This document shows positions 14,148 to 27,871 of a DNA stretch of 64,000 nt, in pieces. Both the position numbers and the translations under genes were made by a program. The DNA comes from Eledone cirrhosa (Eukaryota), in contig OZ024740.1 in the NCBI GenBank assembly GCA_964016885.1, forward strand, positions 233,306,001 to 233,370,000. The letters run 5' to 3'. Each line of letters starts with the position of its first letter. Within the stretch, counting starts at the first letter, position 1. Under the pieces are notes generated by a model that worked only from the letters and a program-made list of their open reading frames with translations, had not been told where the DNA came from and made no database searches.

Positions 14148-14729
14148 CAAAAGGTAAACAGAAATAACAACACAATTGGTACAGTATATGGAAGGTATAT
14201 ATTAGGTTAACGCTTGATATAGCAGGAAGAGGATCTTATATATATATATATATATATAGTTTCAAAAAAAGTCCGCAATATATTAAAGACTTAGTCATAC
14301 GGTCTTTTTTCGAAACTATCATACAATTTACATCACCACCCGGCATGTTTTCCTCTTTTCTTCCTTCTCACTTTTTCTACGCCTCAGAGTTGTCACGTTG
14401 GACTAAAGTCCTTGTTATCCTTTTCAGTTTTACTATTTCTCTCCTTTCTATAATTTTTTCCCCTTTGGCTAATCACTTACAAACTCTATATGTGTGTAAT
14501 TTGTCTCTTCCTATTTTGTTGTGTCCCAATTTGCACTGGAATGAAACGTATCGAACTTAATATACCGAAACCCTGGTGATTTACATTGTCTTTGTCATTA
14601 CCTTTATCCCGTGCATTCCTACTTTGAAAAAAAAATATATATATACGTATATATATCCCACTCTCAAACTTTCGTAACTTGTACTTCTGTGTTGTTGTTG
14701 TTTTTTACTTTCCCATATATGTATATATA

Positions 14730-14760
<31 letters not shown>

Positions 14761-14765
<5 letters not shown>

Positions 14766-14965
14766 AACCAGTAAGACCCCGACAGCTGAGCTCAAGCCGT
14801 TTCGACGGCTAATTCTGGACTGAATTCGCGTCCAGAATTAGCCGTCGAAACGGCTTGAGCTCAGCTGTCGGGGTCTTACTGGTTCCTATTACCCACTCTA
14901 CTACCTCAAGTATTGAGTACTTTGGTGCGTTATGGTCCACCTGGTTCCTTACCACATTTCCTTCG

Positions 14966-14968
<3 letters not shown>
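14761..14968. repeat. (TA)n-flanked fold-back element, 60-bp perfect arms
   Basis: 14761-14820 vs 14830-14889; relatives at 29266-29463, ~9977-10040 and ~34975-35040. Confidence 0.92.
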
Positions 14969-15008
<40 letters not shown>

Positions 15009-18000
15009 GTATTTCACATTTGAAGTCAACCAAAAATCGTTATGGAGGGAATTTTTAATTAAACTATTTCTATTATTTGCCAATAGATCTGTTAGAATGG
15101 GGTAACTAATCTGCTTTCAAATGGGTCACACCTTACTATATTTCTAAACAATGAAGTGAACTTCATCGTGACCCTTGCATACTATCCATGGTAACAAAAA
15201 AGTAAATATTAATTCAAATATTGTCGGTTGCCTGAATAAAACAAGCACTCAACGCTTCTTTTAATCTACCATTGCTGTCATATGTGGATAAGAATGGTAT
15301 ACGATTAAATAAGAAAAAAACACCAAAACACAAGCCTTTCACCAATAGATATTCTTAGGGCATCCCGGAGTTTATTGTATGAAACAGTATTTCAAAATAT
15401 ATGATTAAAGGTTAGATTTGTTATTGGCATTTATTTAAGATAAAAATTAATTAAGCAAACAATGAATAACAAATACTAATTCTTCAACACCAAATGCGTA
15501 TTGCAACACAAAAGATACAGAGAAATATGTATTGTGAATCTTTTTGAAATATTCATGATTTTATATTGAATTTGAGTGAATATTATTTCGTAATGGCCAT
15601 AAATTAATATGGTATATTGAATTCGTTATGAAAAGACACGATAGATGAAAAGTTGATAGAAAGGTTATGAGCGTGAGTGTAACGTCAGAAATATATGAAA
15701 TTCAGATGGGGGACAAATAAATGAAAATACGGACATTTGATAACTTATTTTAATACAACCGTGATCTTTCGTATGACAAAATAACGATATCTAAATCTCT
15801 CTCAAATCACATCCTATTATGTTAAAAAAGATAATATATATATATATATACGATAAATATTTTTAGATGCATTGTATATAAAGAAATATACATGACGGTC
15901 ACGGTTAGTTAGCCTTTCATCATAGGCCAGCTAACATGGTGTTAAACAACAACAACAAGCGCATTCCCACATGATCTCGTAAAACAACCCACACATTTAC
16001 ACTTTACCCTCTCACACATACACTGACGTAAATCCCTCTAATATACACGCAGTCATCCCACACAACCCTGACATGCACCTCACCCCTTACACACACGCAC
16101 ATCTGCGGGCACTCTTACACACTCATACATACATTCAGTGCTATAAAACCTTTACTCACATATACAAATCTTATTTACACACTCAAACCCACATAAACCT
16201 TTTTTGCAAACAAATACACAGCCACACAGGTCTCTCTCCGTCTTTCGCATACACCTATAAACACAGTTAGTCCGACACACATACATACAGCAACATAGAC
16301 ATGCACACATACATACACCGACAAGCGAATACTTAGAGAAACTTTTGAACACAAATACACACAGTTAAAAACACACGCACTCTCACAAACTAACTTCCAT
16401 ATACTCAAACGTATACAACCACGCCAATACGCACACATAAACACGCGCGCACGTACACTGATTCACACTGACTCACAAAGAATACTCACAAATCACACCA
16501 CATTACATACACTTCTGTAGGCTCTGTTTCGCTGTTATCTGGCAGTTAAAAAATGCTATGTAAACTGGTGCTGACCGTCGAAGACATAAAAAGTTACTTC
16601 CCTTATATTTTGTTGGCCATCAATCAACACTGTACTTGAGATATAATCAAACACATAGGCTGTAAAACGTGAACCTGGGCACGCCTAGACTCTCACAAAC
16701 GTCTCGACTTTGGGGACAGTAGAAAAGTAGTTGGTGGGTGAATATGTGTACCTTTATTTTAATCAGTTTTCATCCTTGTGTACATCCCCTTTAACTGAAA
16801 ATTAATACGTAATTGCAATAATACTAACTCGATTATAAGTATGTTCACTGTATGGTTGCGTATGTAACGAATATATTGCATATGCTAGTAGGAAAGACAA
16901 TTACTCCTTAGATACCTAACTTCCGATTGGAGGTTTGTAATTCCTAAATTATTATTCTTGCATAAAGTAAATATGAAAGTATTAACGAAAGTTATATAAA
17001 AATTAAAAATTAAAACTACTGTTATGGACATTTTTATTCAACAAATGAAATAATGTTATAGATACTTTATGTGTTGAATATCAGTGTGTAGTTTTCACAC
17101 GATTTAAAATAACTTTTTATTACAATTACCGTACCCAAATGGTGTGCCACATCTCGCTGGTGTGTCCTTGTAACTAGGGGTGTGACGTAAATATTTCCTT
17201 CTAACAATGGCACAAGGCCAATAATTTGGGGAAGGATGGAAGTCGATTATATCGATCTCATTACTTAACTGGTACTTTATGGAAGGCAAAGCTTACCTCA
17301 GCGAGTACTAAACTCAGAATGTAAATATCTGTAACAAATACCACCCAGCCTCTAACGATTGTCCCAATCCACCCCTCACTACGGTAAAAGTAATAAAATG
17401 ATATTTTAAAAAGTATGGAACTACACACTGTTATTCAGCGTGTAAAGTTTACTTCATTTGTTGAATAGAAACATCCATAATAATTTTCAGTAGTTTTAAT
17501 TTCTATATAATTTTCGTTAATGCATTTATATTTACTTTATGCAAAAAGTACATATAATAATTTTAACCACTCTAACATTCATCTCGAGGAAACACAAGTA
17601 TTGTTTAATCCACGGTGAATGCTCACCGAGTAGGTCTATGATCAAGTGCATTCTATATTCGTGGCCATTCTGTAGTTTCTTTAGACAGTATATACACTAC
17701 TTCACATTGAATTGTATCCTTTCCTTTCTAAAACAATTAGGATATATATGTTAGGATATAACGAACATTGGGCTACGATCGCATAGATGATTATTGCTTT
17801 ATGTTTGTTTATTGTTAATGCATAAATTGTCTCAATATATATAAACGGAAAATGTATATATATAACAATAAAAGGGTGAGTTGATAGAATAATAGCGATC
17901 AATGGTTTCCATTTTCATTTTTTTTTTTTTTTTAGAATCATGTCATATTTCCTAATAATCCTACTACAGTTCTCTTGCAACAACAAAGTTACTAAGTCCA

Positions 18001-18189
18001 TAATTTTGTCAACGTTTCATCAGGAATGTTGATGGATTCTTTTTATTGCTTCTTTTATTAAAGGCATATGTATATTATAAAGTTACATGCATTTCATACG
18101 AATTGTTGTAGCCTTGGAAAACATGGGAACATTTTTATAAAGAAACTGAAACGGGAAAGTAGTCCTTTCTCCAAGAACACATATACACA

Positions 18190-18380
18190 TATAATTGTTT
18201 CTACTTTAGGCACAAGGCCAGCAATTACCCAGTGCATTACTGGTACTTTATTTTATCGACCCCGTAAGGATGAAAGACAAAGTCAACCTCGGCGGGATTT
18301 GAACTCAGATCGTAAAGGGACGTAACTGCTGGAAAGCATGGCGTCCGACCCTCTACCGATACTGCCAATCCACCGCCCTC
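18190..18380 (-). mobile_element. SINE (abundant family)
   Basis: Matches consensus GGCGGTGGATTGGCAGTATCGGTAGAG...GAGTTCAAATCCC...GCTGGCCTTGTGCC. Confidence 0.85.
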
Positions 18381-18446
18381 TATACACATATAATATACAT
18401 TAAAAGTGCAAACTCTTTCATATACCCCCCCCCCACACATACACCA

Positions 18447-18728
18447 GGTCCGAACACAAAAGAACCAAACTCCCACTGTCACTACCTCCGTCTCTCCCGC
18501 TCTCCGCATCTTTCACTATTGTGAGCAAATGGGGGTCCACGCCATGGCTGCCCCGCAGCCCCAGCGGACAGAATAGAGGAAGGTAATACCCCGGAGGATG
18601 GTGAAGGAGACGTGTTGGAAGAGCCGTTCCAGCTCGCGAGGCTCAGTCATACGAGTAGCCAACTCTGTGCCGATATTGGTCAGCAGGGAGGTGACCCTAG
18701 GGCCAAGGACACCAGAAGTCTCCACTGC
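18447..18728 (-). mobile_element. CRE-like non-LTR retrotransposon 3' fragment
   Basis: ETSGVLGP..LLTNIG..EPRE..LFQHVSFTILRG resembles the CRE RLE C-terminus; 3'UTR repeated at ~30937-31070. Confidence 0.65.
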
Positions 18729-20174
18729 CCTCAGTAGAGCAATGGATAAAATGCCATCCAGTATGTAATAATGTCGTTTTGCCTACTCATCTCGAAACAC
18801 GGCTAGGTAGAATTTGCTTTTGTTCCCTCTGACATCGAAAAAGAAAGTACGTTGAGTATTGGGCCGATCTAATCAGTTATGTTTATACCTAACATCAGAA
18901 GAGGCTAAATCTTCGCAAAGTATGGTGCTTTTCCTTTATCAAATAACACAATGATATAGATACTATTGAAATATGAATATGAATGAAAATTAACATATCC
19001 TCTATCTTAAAGGTGTGGTTTAACTTACGTAACCTGATCATCGATGACCCATTATAAGTGTGTGACATTCATTTAAATTATTCCTTGGGTCCCATTTTTG
19101 ATGTTTCGTGGATGAATATTTTGCCCAAGAAACAAGTAAAAAGTCATGTAGCATAATAGACAACTGTCTGTAACAAAATCTGTGAGGAAATCTTTTACCT
19201 GATCCCACGACTTGTTAGAAATATGACCCAATTTTCCCTTAAATCTTAAATCACTGTTTTATAAATAGAAGGTTGTACAGGATCATGTACTCCTAAATAC
19301 ACTATTTATGAATTATATACGGGATAGTTACGAGTGGAAAGCCTTTGATTATAATTCTGATCTGCTGAACACATGCTACACGGAACTCAAAGCTGAGACA
19401 AGAAAGGAGAGTAGAGCTCAACATTGAGTTCGATCTACGACAGGTCACTCGCTTTTGCATCTGTTTATCAACTTTCATTACTCCAGCGCTTTGAAAACTT
19501 TATGCCTCTCAAGTCACAAGAGCCATTAAATCCCACATTATTGTTTTATTTTTCCCTCTATCTAGACTACATTTTGGCGTGGGAACAAAGTAAAATCATA
19601 ATTTTAAAAGCAGGCTTTTTTAAACAACAGAATAAATCAAACAGAAATAAATTAAACAATATAATCAGGTTGAGTGTTTATAAGGAAACACGAGAACAAA
19701 GTATTTCAACTGATAAGGAATCATCTATTGTTGGCCCATCCTTCAACCAGTTTTAACTGGAAAGAAAATCAAGTGATACTTAACTTGCCAGGTAAATAAG
19801 TAGCGAAATAACAAATGTATTTCGAAAAAACGTTTTTCAATCTATTTTTCATTTCGCAACTTAAAACGAATTTTCAGATTTGTATATGACGAAGGGATGA
19901 TTAGCAGTAGTAGGACTATAAATGAGTAATTTCTGGGGGTTTGGGTTTTTCATTTTAATTGATATATATTAGATAAATCAAACAGTTTATTATTTTGTAT
20001 ATTTTCTTTAAATCTTCCACCACATATAGTTATTTTCAAATGTTGAATAGTTTACAAATCGACTGATACTAATATTGAATTTTGAAATTATTCAGTCACC
20101 CCTGAGACCACGATAAAGCTAGTTGACATGTAAATACTTCAATGTTTGAAAAATAACTTTTTGTGATATAGCCC

Positions 20175-20723
20175 CAGTGACGTAGCTAGAGTGTGTGCCG
20201 CCCGGGGCAGCCCTTCTACGTGCCCCCACACCCACACACACAGCGGGCCCCTACAAAAAATACATATTGCTTTTAATGTATATGTATACAAGTATTAAAT
20301 ATTAAATAATAGAGAGAACAACATCAGAATTTAAAAAAAAACTATTTTTACTGGCTGATTAGTTTGCTTGCATAATTTTTGATATATATATATAATTTTG
20401 AGTATGTGTTGGTTGTTTACCGACACTCAGTATTTAGGTTGGAGCATTCAACGAAGTGTGCAGGTTGGTCTGTTTACTCTGGAGTAATGTAAAAATAAGA
20501 TGTGTAAGTCAACAGAGCAAAATTAGCTTCGTTTATTCATATTCGCTACTATATATATTTCAGTGGTAGCCATTATTCAACAGCTATGACCTCATCAGGC
20601 AGTAAGAACTTGAACAGAAAAAACAGGAAAACATAATGTAATAGATTTTACCTTGTTAATCCATTGATATGTTGAGATCCAGAGTGTGGTGTTTGTCCTC
20701 TAAGGAACTGAAAGCATATGATG

Positions 20724-20815
<92 letters not shown>

Positions 20816-20967
20816 GTATTAACTAGTCTGTGTACAATTATAATATTATGCTGCAACATTAAAAGAATGCTTATAGCCTACAGCAGACCCAAAAGTGCCG
20901 CCCCTATAAAAGTGTCGCCCGGGGCGGATAGCCCACCCATCGCCACCCTCCTCTAACTACGCTACTG
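20175..20967. mobile_element. hAT-family MITE with 8-bp TSD
   Basis: TSD TATAGCCC at 20167-20174 and 20968-20975; TIRs CAGTGACGTAGCTAG / CAGTAGCGTAGTTAG; subterminal CGCCCGGGGC motifs. Confidence 0.88.
20546..20602 (-). ncRNA. Type I HHR (same family as 51269-51323)
   Basis: CTGC CTGATGA GGTCATAGCTG-..-TGGCTACCACT GAAA T-ATAT-A TA GTAG. Confidence 0.72.
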
Positions 20968-21259
20968 TATAGCCCTACTTCCATATCTACCAGCACCATT
21001 TTATAGATGATTGATAAACCTTTTGTTCCACACTGCTAGATATGTACATTAAATCCGAGTATAACTAATAGTTTATATATATACTTATACAATACTGATC
21101 AGTCATTAAGTCGTGAAATGTATTCACGGTATAGTAATATAATAAGCTAGTTATACATCTCGACGTTCAATTTAAAGCTGCGTGATTTACCAATCCTATC
21201 TCACTCTCTGCCAGCCTCTCTGCCTGACGCTCTCTCTCTCTCTCCCTCTCTCTCTCTCT

Positions 21260-21315
<56 letters not shown>

Positions 21316-21318
<3 letters not shown>

Positions 21319-21492
21319 TAAGTTATTCCGTGTTGAATCAGAGGTAACCACTGTAAGTAAGGTACTCAATACATAGCAGACTATAAAAGTGTTAATATAG
21401 ATGAGATTCTACAGGACTAGAACTGTTTCATTCTTTAGAAATCATCTGATGATTTCTAAAGAATGAAACAGTTCTAGTCCTGTAGAATCTCA

Positions 21493-21495
<3 letters not shown>
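21316..21495. repeat. Fold-back pLTR-like element, 48-bp perfect arms centred in an HHR core
   Basis: 21399-21446 / 21448-21495, axis at the T of CTGATGA; family shared with 41468-41595. Confidence 0.9.
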
Positions 21496-21530
<35 letters not shown>

Positions 21531-21773
21531 AGTAAAGAGATATTTAATTTGCTGGTAATTCAACAAATTTATTTATTATAACAGATTCGAAGCACTCTAC
21601 ACATTTTTCCAAATGGAATCTGAACCGATAAGGTCTGGTTTATTGGGTATGTCACTATTTATAAAATAAATTTGTGTTTTATCTGATGAGAGCATACCAA
21701 AGTTTTTTGGTACCCTTATATATAATAAAATAAACATGGTTTTATAAATATAGTTTCCATTTATTAATATCAT

Positions 21774-21850
<77 letters not shown>

Positions 21851-22195
21851 AATGAATATATCATAGGGATAAACACTGATACAAGTATACATGTGTTCGC
21901 ATTGCAAATGACCAAGTTAGCTAGATTGAAAACTACTAATTAAAATAATACGGTTTGCCTGTCTCGATTTAAAATAATAAATCAATAAAAACAAATCTAT
22001 ATTGGCAATAGCCGTGATACCTGGACATATATTTATATATATATATAAGTATTAAGTTGTTAAACAATATTCAATAAGTATGTCAAAGAATGAGTTTTAC
22101 AGTAGATTGGAAGCACTCAACGCAAAATAATTTTCAGGAGTTATTAATATTAAAATATAAGTATTAATAAAATAGATGTTCTTTTGATCAATTAC

Positions 22196-22248
22196 ATTTT
22201 ATTATACATATTTCGGATGTACAACAGTACGTCCTCATCAGACAAAAT
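22196..22248 (-). ncRNA. Type I HHR
   Basis: ATTTTGT CTGATGA GGACGTAC-TGTT-GTACATCC GAAA T-ATGT-A TA ATAAAAT. Confidence 0.78.
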
Positions 22249-22382
22249 ATAATGATACATGACATACCCTGAGATGTTAAATGGTTAAGATTTAATCAAG
22301 TTCTCTTGCTTGCTTCCTCTCTGTCACCTAGTTTACTTCCCTTTCTCATTCAGCCTTTCTTTCTTTCAGCATGGTTGTTTAT

Positions 22383-22515
<133 letters not shown>

Positions 22516-22689
22516 CGTGCGTGTGTGTGTGTCTGTATGTGTCTGTTTGTGAACTGGAAGACTTCACCATGCATTAACATCAAAAACTAGGTTGAATACA
22601 AGGTAGAGTTTATCCTTCGAGATGACCCACCTAATTTGGGTCTGATCGTGTGGTGAATGTATGTACGTGAAAACAACAACAAAAATAAT

Positions 22690-24066
22690 ACAGACCTCTC
22701 AATAAGTGAGTGAAAATGGATTGTAGAAAGGATAAGTGGATATGTTTGGATATGTCTCGAGGCGAAAGACGAGGAGGTGGAAGCAGAATGGTGAAACGAC
22801 GCTAGATATCTCTACAGAGTTTTGAAAGAGTCGACTGGAGCAAGAAACGGTTCATACATGCAAATTAACAGTGAACAGGGTAGGACGCTGGTAACAAGCG
22901 TCGAGCAATCAGCCAGTGGCTGAAACATTTCCAAGAAGTGTTGAATCGGCTGGATCTTTTTCATACAAAAGAGGCATTTGATCGTACACCTGCAGGTGAG
23001 AGATTGGGACATCTTAACGAAATAAGTTACGAAAGTCATCCATTGCTTGAAGAACAATGTAACATGGTTGGATGGTGTTAGTGTGGAACTGTTTAAGCAT
23101 TGAGGGGAAGCACTGCAGAACACGAGACATTTTTGCAATTTAGCATACCATGAAAATAAAGTCGTCAAAACATGAGGTGGGTTGGGGCTAAGAGTAGCAT
23201 TTCATCCAAAAGGAATTCTAAATGACTGCAGCAACGAGCGAAGAACAACCCTGTTGTATTCCCTTAATTGTCTGGAAAAGGTGTTTGATGATAATTTACG
23301 TGTGGAACAAATGGGATCCAGAAGCAGAATATTGTGCAACGAACACATACCTCCCTGACACATCATCATCGAGTTAAATTGTAAATTCCAGCAACCACTT
23401 GTAGTCAGCTTGAACGGCTTTAACAAGGCCTTCGAAAGCATACATAGGGAATCTCTATGGAAGATCATCATGCTGGAAGGAGCGTCCCTCTTTTATATTA
23501 AAACCGGAAACAGGGAGAACTTTGACGTCATCATAGAAGAACAGCAGGAATGTGTGCTATTCCATTTCCTTTTCTTGTTGGCGTTGATTTTCATCATAAG
23601 GACGCCCATGTGAGACCAAATATACGGCATGAAATGGAGGCAGGGAAGACAGGGAATTTTACTTTGCCGACAATCTGGGACTCCTTAGCACCATGTCTAT
23701 GGTACTGCAAAACATGACGACTAGTCTCAACAACATCAGCGGAAAGGTTGATCTTCAGATTAGAAATGAATAGTAGTGAGGCATATGGCCATATGTTTTC
23801 TTTCTACAAATGTTATACTTGACGACCAAATACAATAATTATTATTATTATTATTGAGGCAGAGTTTCATCCAGAATTTAGCGATCCTTGACTCCACATA
23901 TCTGAGCAGTAACACTGCTAACAATAGTAATTCACAAAGATGATATGGAGAAAAATATTGGTGAAGCTGCAGCTATATGCCAGCACAAGAAACCTGCATG
24001 GTCCCATTCTTCAATCAATCTATGCACTAAATGTTGCCTGTATACACCAACTGTGCTACGGACGGC
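22690..24066 (+). mobile_element. Old, heavily degraded RTE-clade LINE RT region
   Basis: Scattered motifs in shifting frames: GRTLVTS..W.HF.EVLN, FNKAFESIHRESLWKII, FADNL. Confidence 0.6.
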
Positions 24067-24069
24067 GAT

Positions 24070-24641
24070 TTAGTCTTAGCTTCTCTCGTCCCTATGGGTT
24101 GTCGGGTGACGAGAGATCTCCAGACAATACCCTCACAAGCACGTGTTACAAATTTGCTCCCAGGTCATGTCCATGTCAACCAGATCCTGCTCAACCAGGT
24201 CTTGATAGGTATTGACAGGTCTTTCTCACCTCTCTCTTTGCGAGTAAATGTTGCTTGTGACTGACCATCTAACATACCTTCCTCATTCGTAATGGTTGTC
24301 ATGCTGATAAATTCCCTGGAGGGACTTGCAAAACGACTGGCACAATCTATATAACTGAAGCTGTCTTTCACATACTTTGCTTTAGGATCATACTAAGAAT
24401 TTGTCAGCATGACAACCAATACGAATGAGGAAGGTATGTAATATGGTCAGTCACAAGCAACATTTACTCGCAAAGAGAGAGGTGAAAAAGACCTGTCAAT
24501 ACCTATCAAGATCTGGTTGAGCAGGATCTGGCTGACATGGACTTGACCTGGGAGCAAATTTTTAACACGTGCTTGTGACCGTATTTTCTGGAGATCTCTC
24601 GTCACCCGACAACCCATAGGGACGAGAGAAGCTAAGACTAA
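24070..24641. mobile_element. Head-to-head inverted pair of RTE-like LINE 3' ends (~245-bp arms)
   Basis: 24070-24314 vs 24397-24641; right arm encodes KRPVNTYQDLVEQDLADMDLTWEQ..DRIFWRSLV. Confidence 0.75.
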
Positions 24642-25251
24642 GTGTAAAACTATTAAGTCGAATGTGTACTCTTCGGTCATTACAAAAACTCATGACACCT
24701 GACTGACAATATGTCATTTTAAATATCTTGATACGTTTATGATGATTGATTTAAAGACTCAAACTCTAATTAATTATTTAGAGTTACAACATTTTGACAC
24801 TCATAATTAGCCCTACATTAATATACGTAGTTCTAGATTCACACCTTTATTTCAGTTTATATTTAAACAAATTCTTATATCATATATCTACTGCCAGGTG
24901 ACATGATTTTGCCATGAACCTCGCTTTTTAGGACACTTATTACCTATGACACACACTTTAGTTATCTCATATGAAATCTATGACGCAGCTTTCTTGTTAT
25001 ACATATTGTTGTTGTTGATGTACTTACTACTGTTGTTGTTGATATTGTTTTAGTTGTTGTATTGTTGTTCTTCCACATGTTATCCATTATGCTACTAATT
25101 ATCAAGTTCAAAGAACACGCATGTAATAGACTGATTAAAAATGTATAAACAAGTGTCTGTAGATGTAAAATAGTGGAGCAAGTGCCATGAACTAAGGGGT
25201 GGCAAAATAGTAAATGATCTGATTTCGGTTTCTATTTTAGAGTTCATTAAA

Positions 25252-25450
25252 TAATGGTTTCTGATTTAGGCACAAGGCCAGCAATTTTGGGGAGGGGAAA
25301 ATCGATTAAATCTTTATTTTATCGACCCCGAAAGGATGAAAGGCATAGATAACCTCGGTAGGAGTTGAACTCAGAACGTAAAGGGCCCTAACTCTATGCC
25401 ACGAAGCAAGGAGTCCGACCCACTACCGATATTGCTAATCCACCGCCATC
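25252..25450 (-). mobile_element. SINE (abundant family)
   Basis: Consensus match; TCATTAAATAA repeated on both sides. Confidence 0.8.
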
Positions 25451-27534
25451 TGCCCTCATTAAATAACGAAATCATTTCATGGTAATTTCTGTTCATTTAA
25501 ATTGAACATTTTCTTGGGGAAGGCATGAACGACAAAGTTTAAATACGCTGAAATAGTGTTTCGAATGTTTCAGACAAGTGTTTATGAATCTGTATGTATA
25601 AATACTTCGTTTTTGTATTTGTTTTAAAAGACTCTTGATGTGAAATCATGTATGGAAATATATATTGTTATACTATGGGAGAGCTATGCTACCAATAACA
25701 ACACGCATCCCAGCTTTGACGTTCTTCAATGTTACCTCCAGGGGCGAACTAACATATAGATTTATAGATAAATTAAAATTACATATTAAGATATTAGAAA
25801 AACCAGGAATCCCCCAAAACCTTGATTAGCCCTCCCTCGTGTACTGATAGAAATTGTATAGTCTGTAATTTAAACCCAAGGATAAACTGTAAAACTACAT
25901 ATGTAGCTTATCGCCCGAAGTAAACAGAGTCAATGTAGAAATACGACCTCGAAATACATAAGGGAAACGGCTGCCGGTATAGGAGAAACGGTGAAGGAGG
26001 AGTGGCGAGAAAAACTCGCCAGAACTTTAGCAAAGGCCAAACTATAAAGCATTGAAATAGATTTTTATTTGTTTGGTTGATTTGCAAGTTTTCTGCCATC
26101 GTACATGTCACATTTATGTCATGTTGTTTGGTGGAGCAAACATTAAATCATTAAATTTACTTTGCCTATATCTGCATCAAAGTTTTCCGATAATTTCTTC
26201 AAGCGGTTCATTCTTTGTAAAGTATGATTAAATTTCTTACATTACCGTGGTACCAGTTAGGTTTTATTGTTTAACAAAGCAATATATTTTGCTACTGTAA
26301 TATAGAGTGAATATCGGGAATAGGGAGTGATAACTACCTTGACAAACTGACGTACACTACCTGAAATGAACACAAAACAGAGTCGACTAACTTGTTCCAA
26401 TACGTGTCTCTGCGGTATAGTTGTTGTTTAACCCCAGCTCATCGCTGATTCAGACAAGTTTAATTATAAATGTTTCAGGCATAAGTATTGCGTTTAATAT
26501 TCAGATATTGTGTATCTAGGACTACATTATCAAAACTGTCTTTCTTTTTCAATAGAGTAAGATGTGATATGATGAATATTTAGCTGCCATTTATAATGTG
26601 ATGGATGGCAATGTACAGGCTTCCTCATTCACACACTCTGGTCCTTGTTAAAGCTTACTGGTTTACATCAATTGGTGGGTATGCAGGGTGATAACGTCGA
26701 AACTGCTACACACTGCCCTACCAGATAATTCATATCAGTACCCATAATATCCGAAGTATTTGAGCTCTGGATTAATCCTAGAAGTTTAACTAAGTTATCC
26801 ACATGACAAAGGCCCACACGCCAATGTAGTTTTGCATAAACCAGAGCCATTATCCTGTTAGTTTACCAACAAGAAATCGCAGCCATATCTTCATCAACTT
26901 ACACCATGCCATCTTATTAAATAAAGTACACTTCGAATATTGTATTTAACTTGAATGAATGATGGGATGGTCATGCCTGGAAAGCTATTAATTATATGTA
27001 CATTCTTCACCAGATCTGACCTGGAGCTAAACAACAACAGCAACCGCAACAACAACACAAGCAAAATATAGAACACAAATTAACCAAATAAAACTTCAGA
27101 GCATACTCATCTTTCTATGAATTAAATGGACAGGAAAACAGCGTGATGTACTGCCTTTAATGTGATAGGTTAAATAGCCATAAACCTACATTTAACATAT
27201 ATCTATTGAAATATTTAAGGAAAACTCATGAAAATTTCATATGAGAAGGGACATGAATGACTTTGGAGGCTGTGATATTAAGATTTCTGTCAAGCTTTTC
27301 TTGAGATGTCAAAAGTGTTAGGTGTTAGTTAATGACCTCTGAATGATACGGTGAATCATTCTATAGTGGTTCAGGCATACGTTCACTAAATTTAGTAAGG
27401 TGACTGCCTGGCGAGGATTCAGACAGGACCATCACTTCTATGCATATCCACGAGCATGAAATTGTAGAAATATTCACCTACGTGTATAAACATACGGATG
27501 CTTACATATATATATATATATATATATATATGCT

Positions 27535-27653
<119 letters not shown>

Positions 27654-27815
27654 GTATGTGGGTGTATGATTGTGTGTGTATGCATGTATATAGAAATCCC
27701 CACAACACAGAAACAGACTAGCCTATCGAGTTACGCATTGATGCAAATTTTCAACTATAATACAACTCACTACATACGCCATATGTATGTGTCTGCATGC
27801 ATATATACACATATA

Positions 27816-27871
<56 letters not shown>

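Noticed and set aside
26825-26856. DNGSGLCK actin-like peptide on the minus strand
   Set aside because: Similarity ends after 8 residues and a stop follows; likely chance
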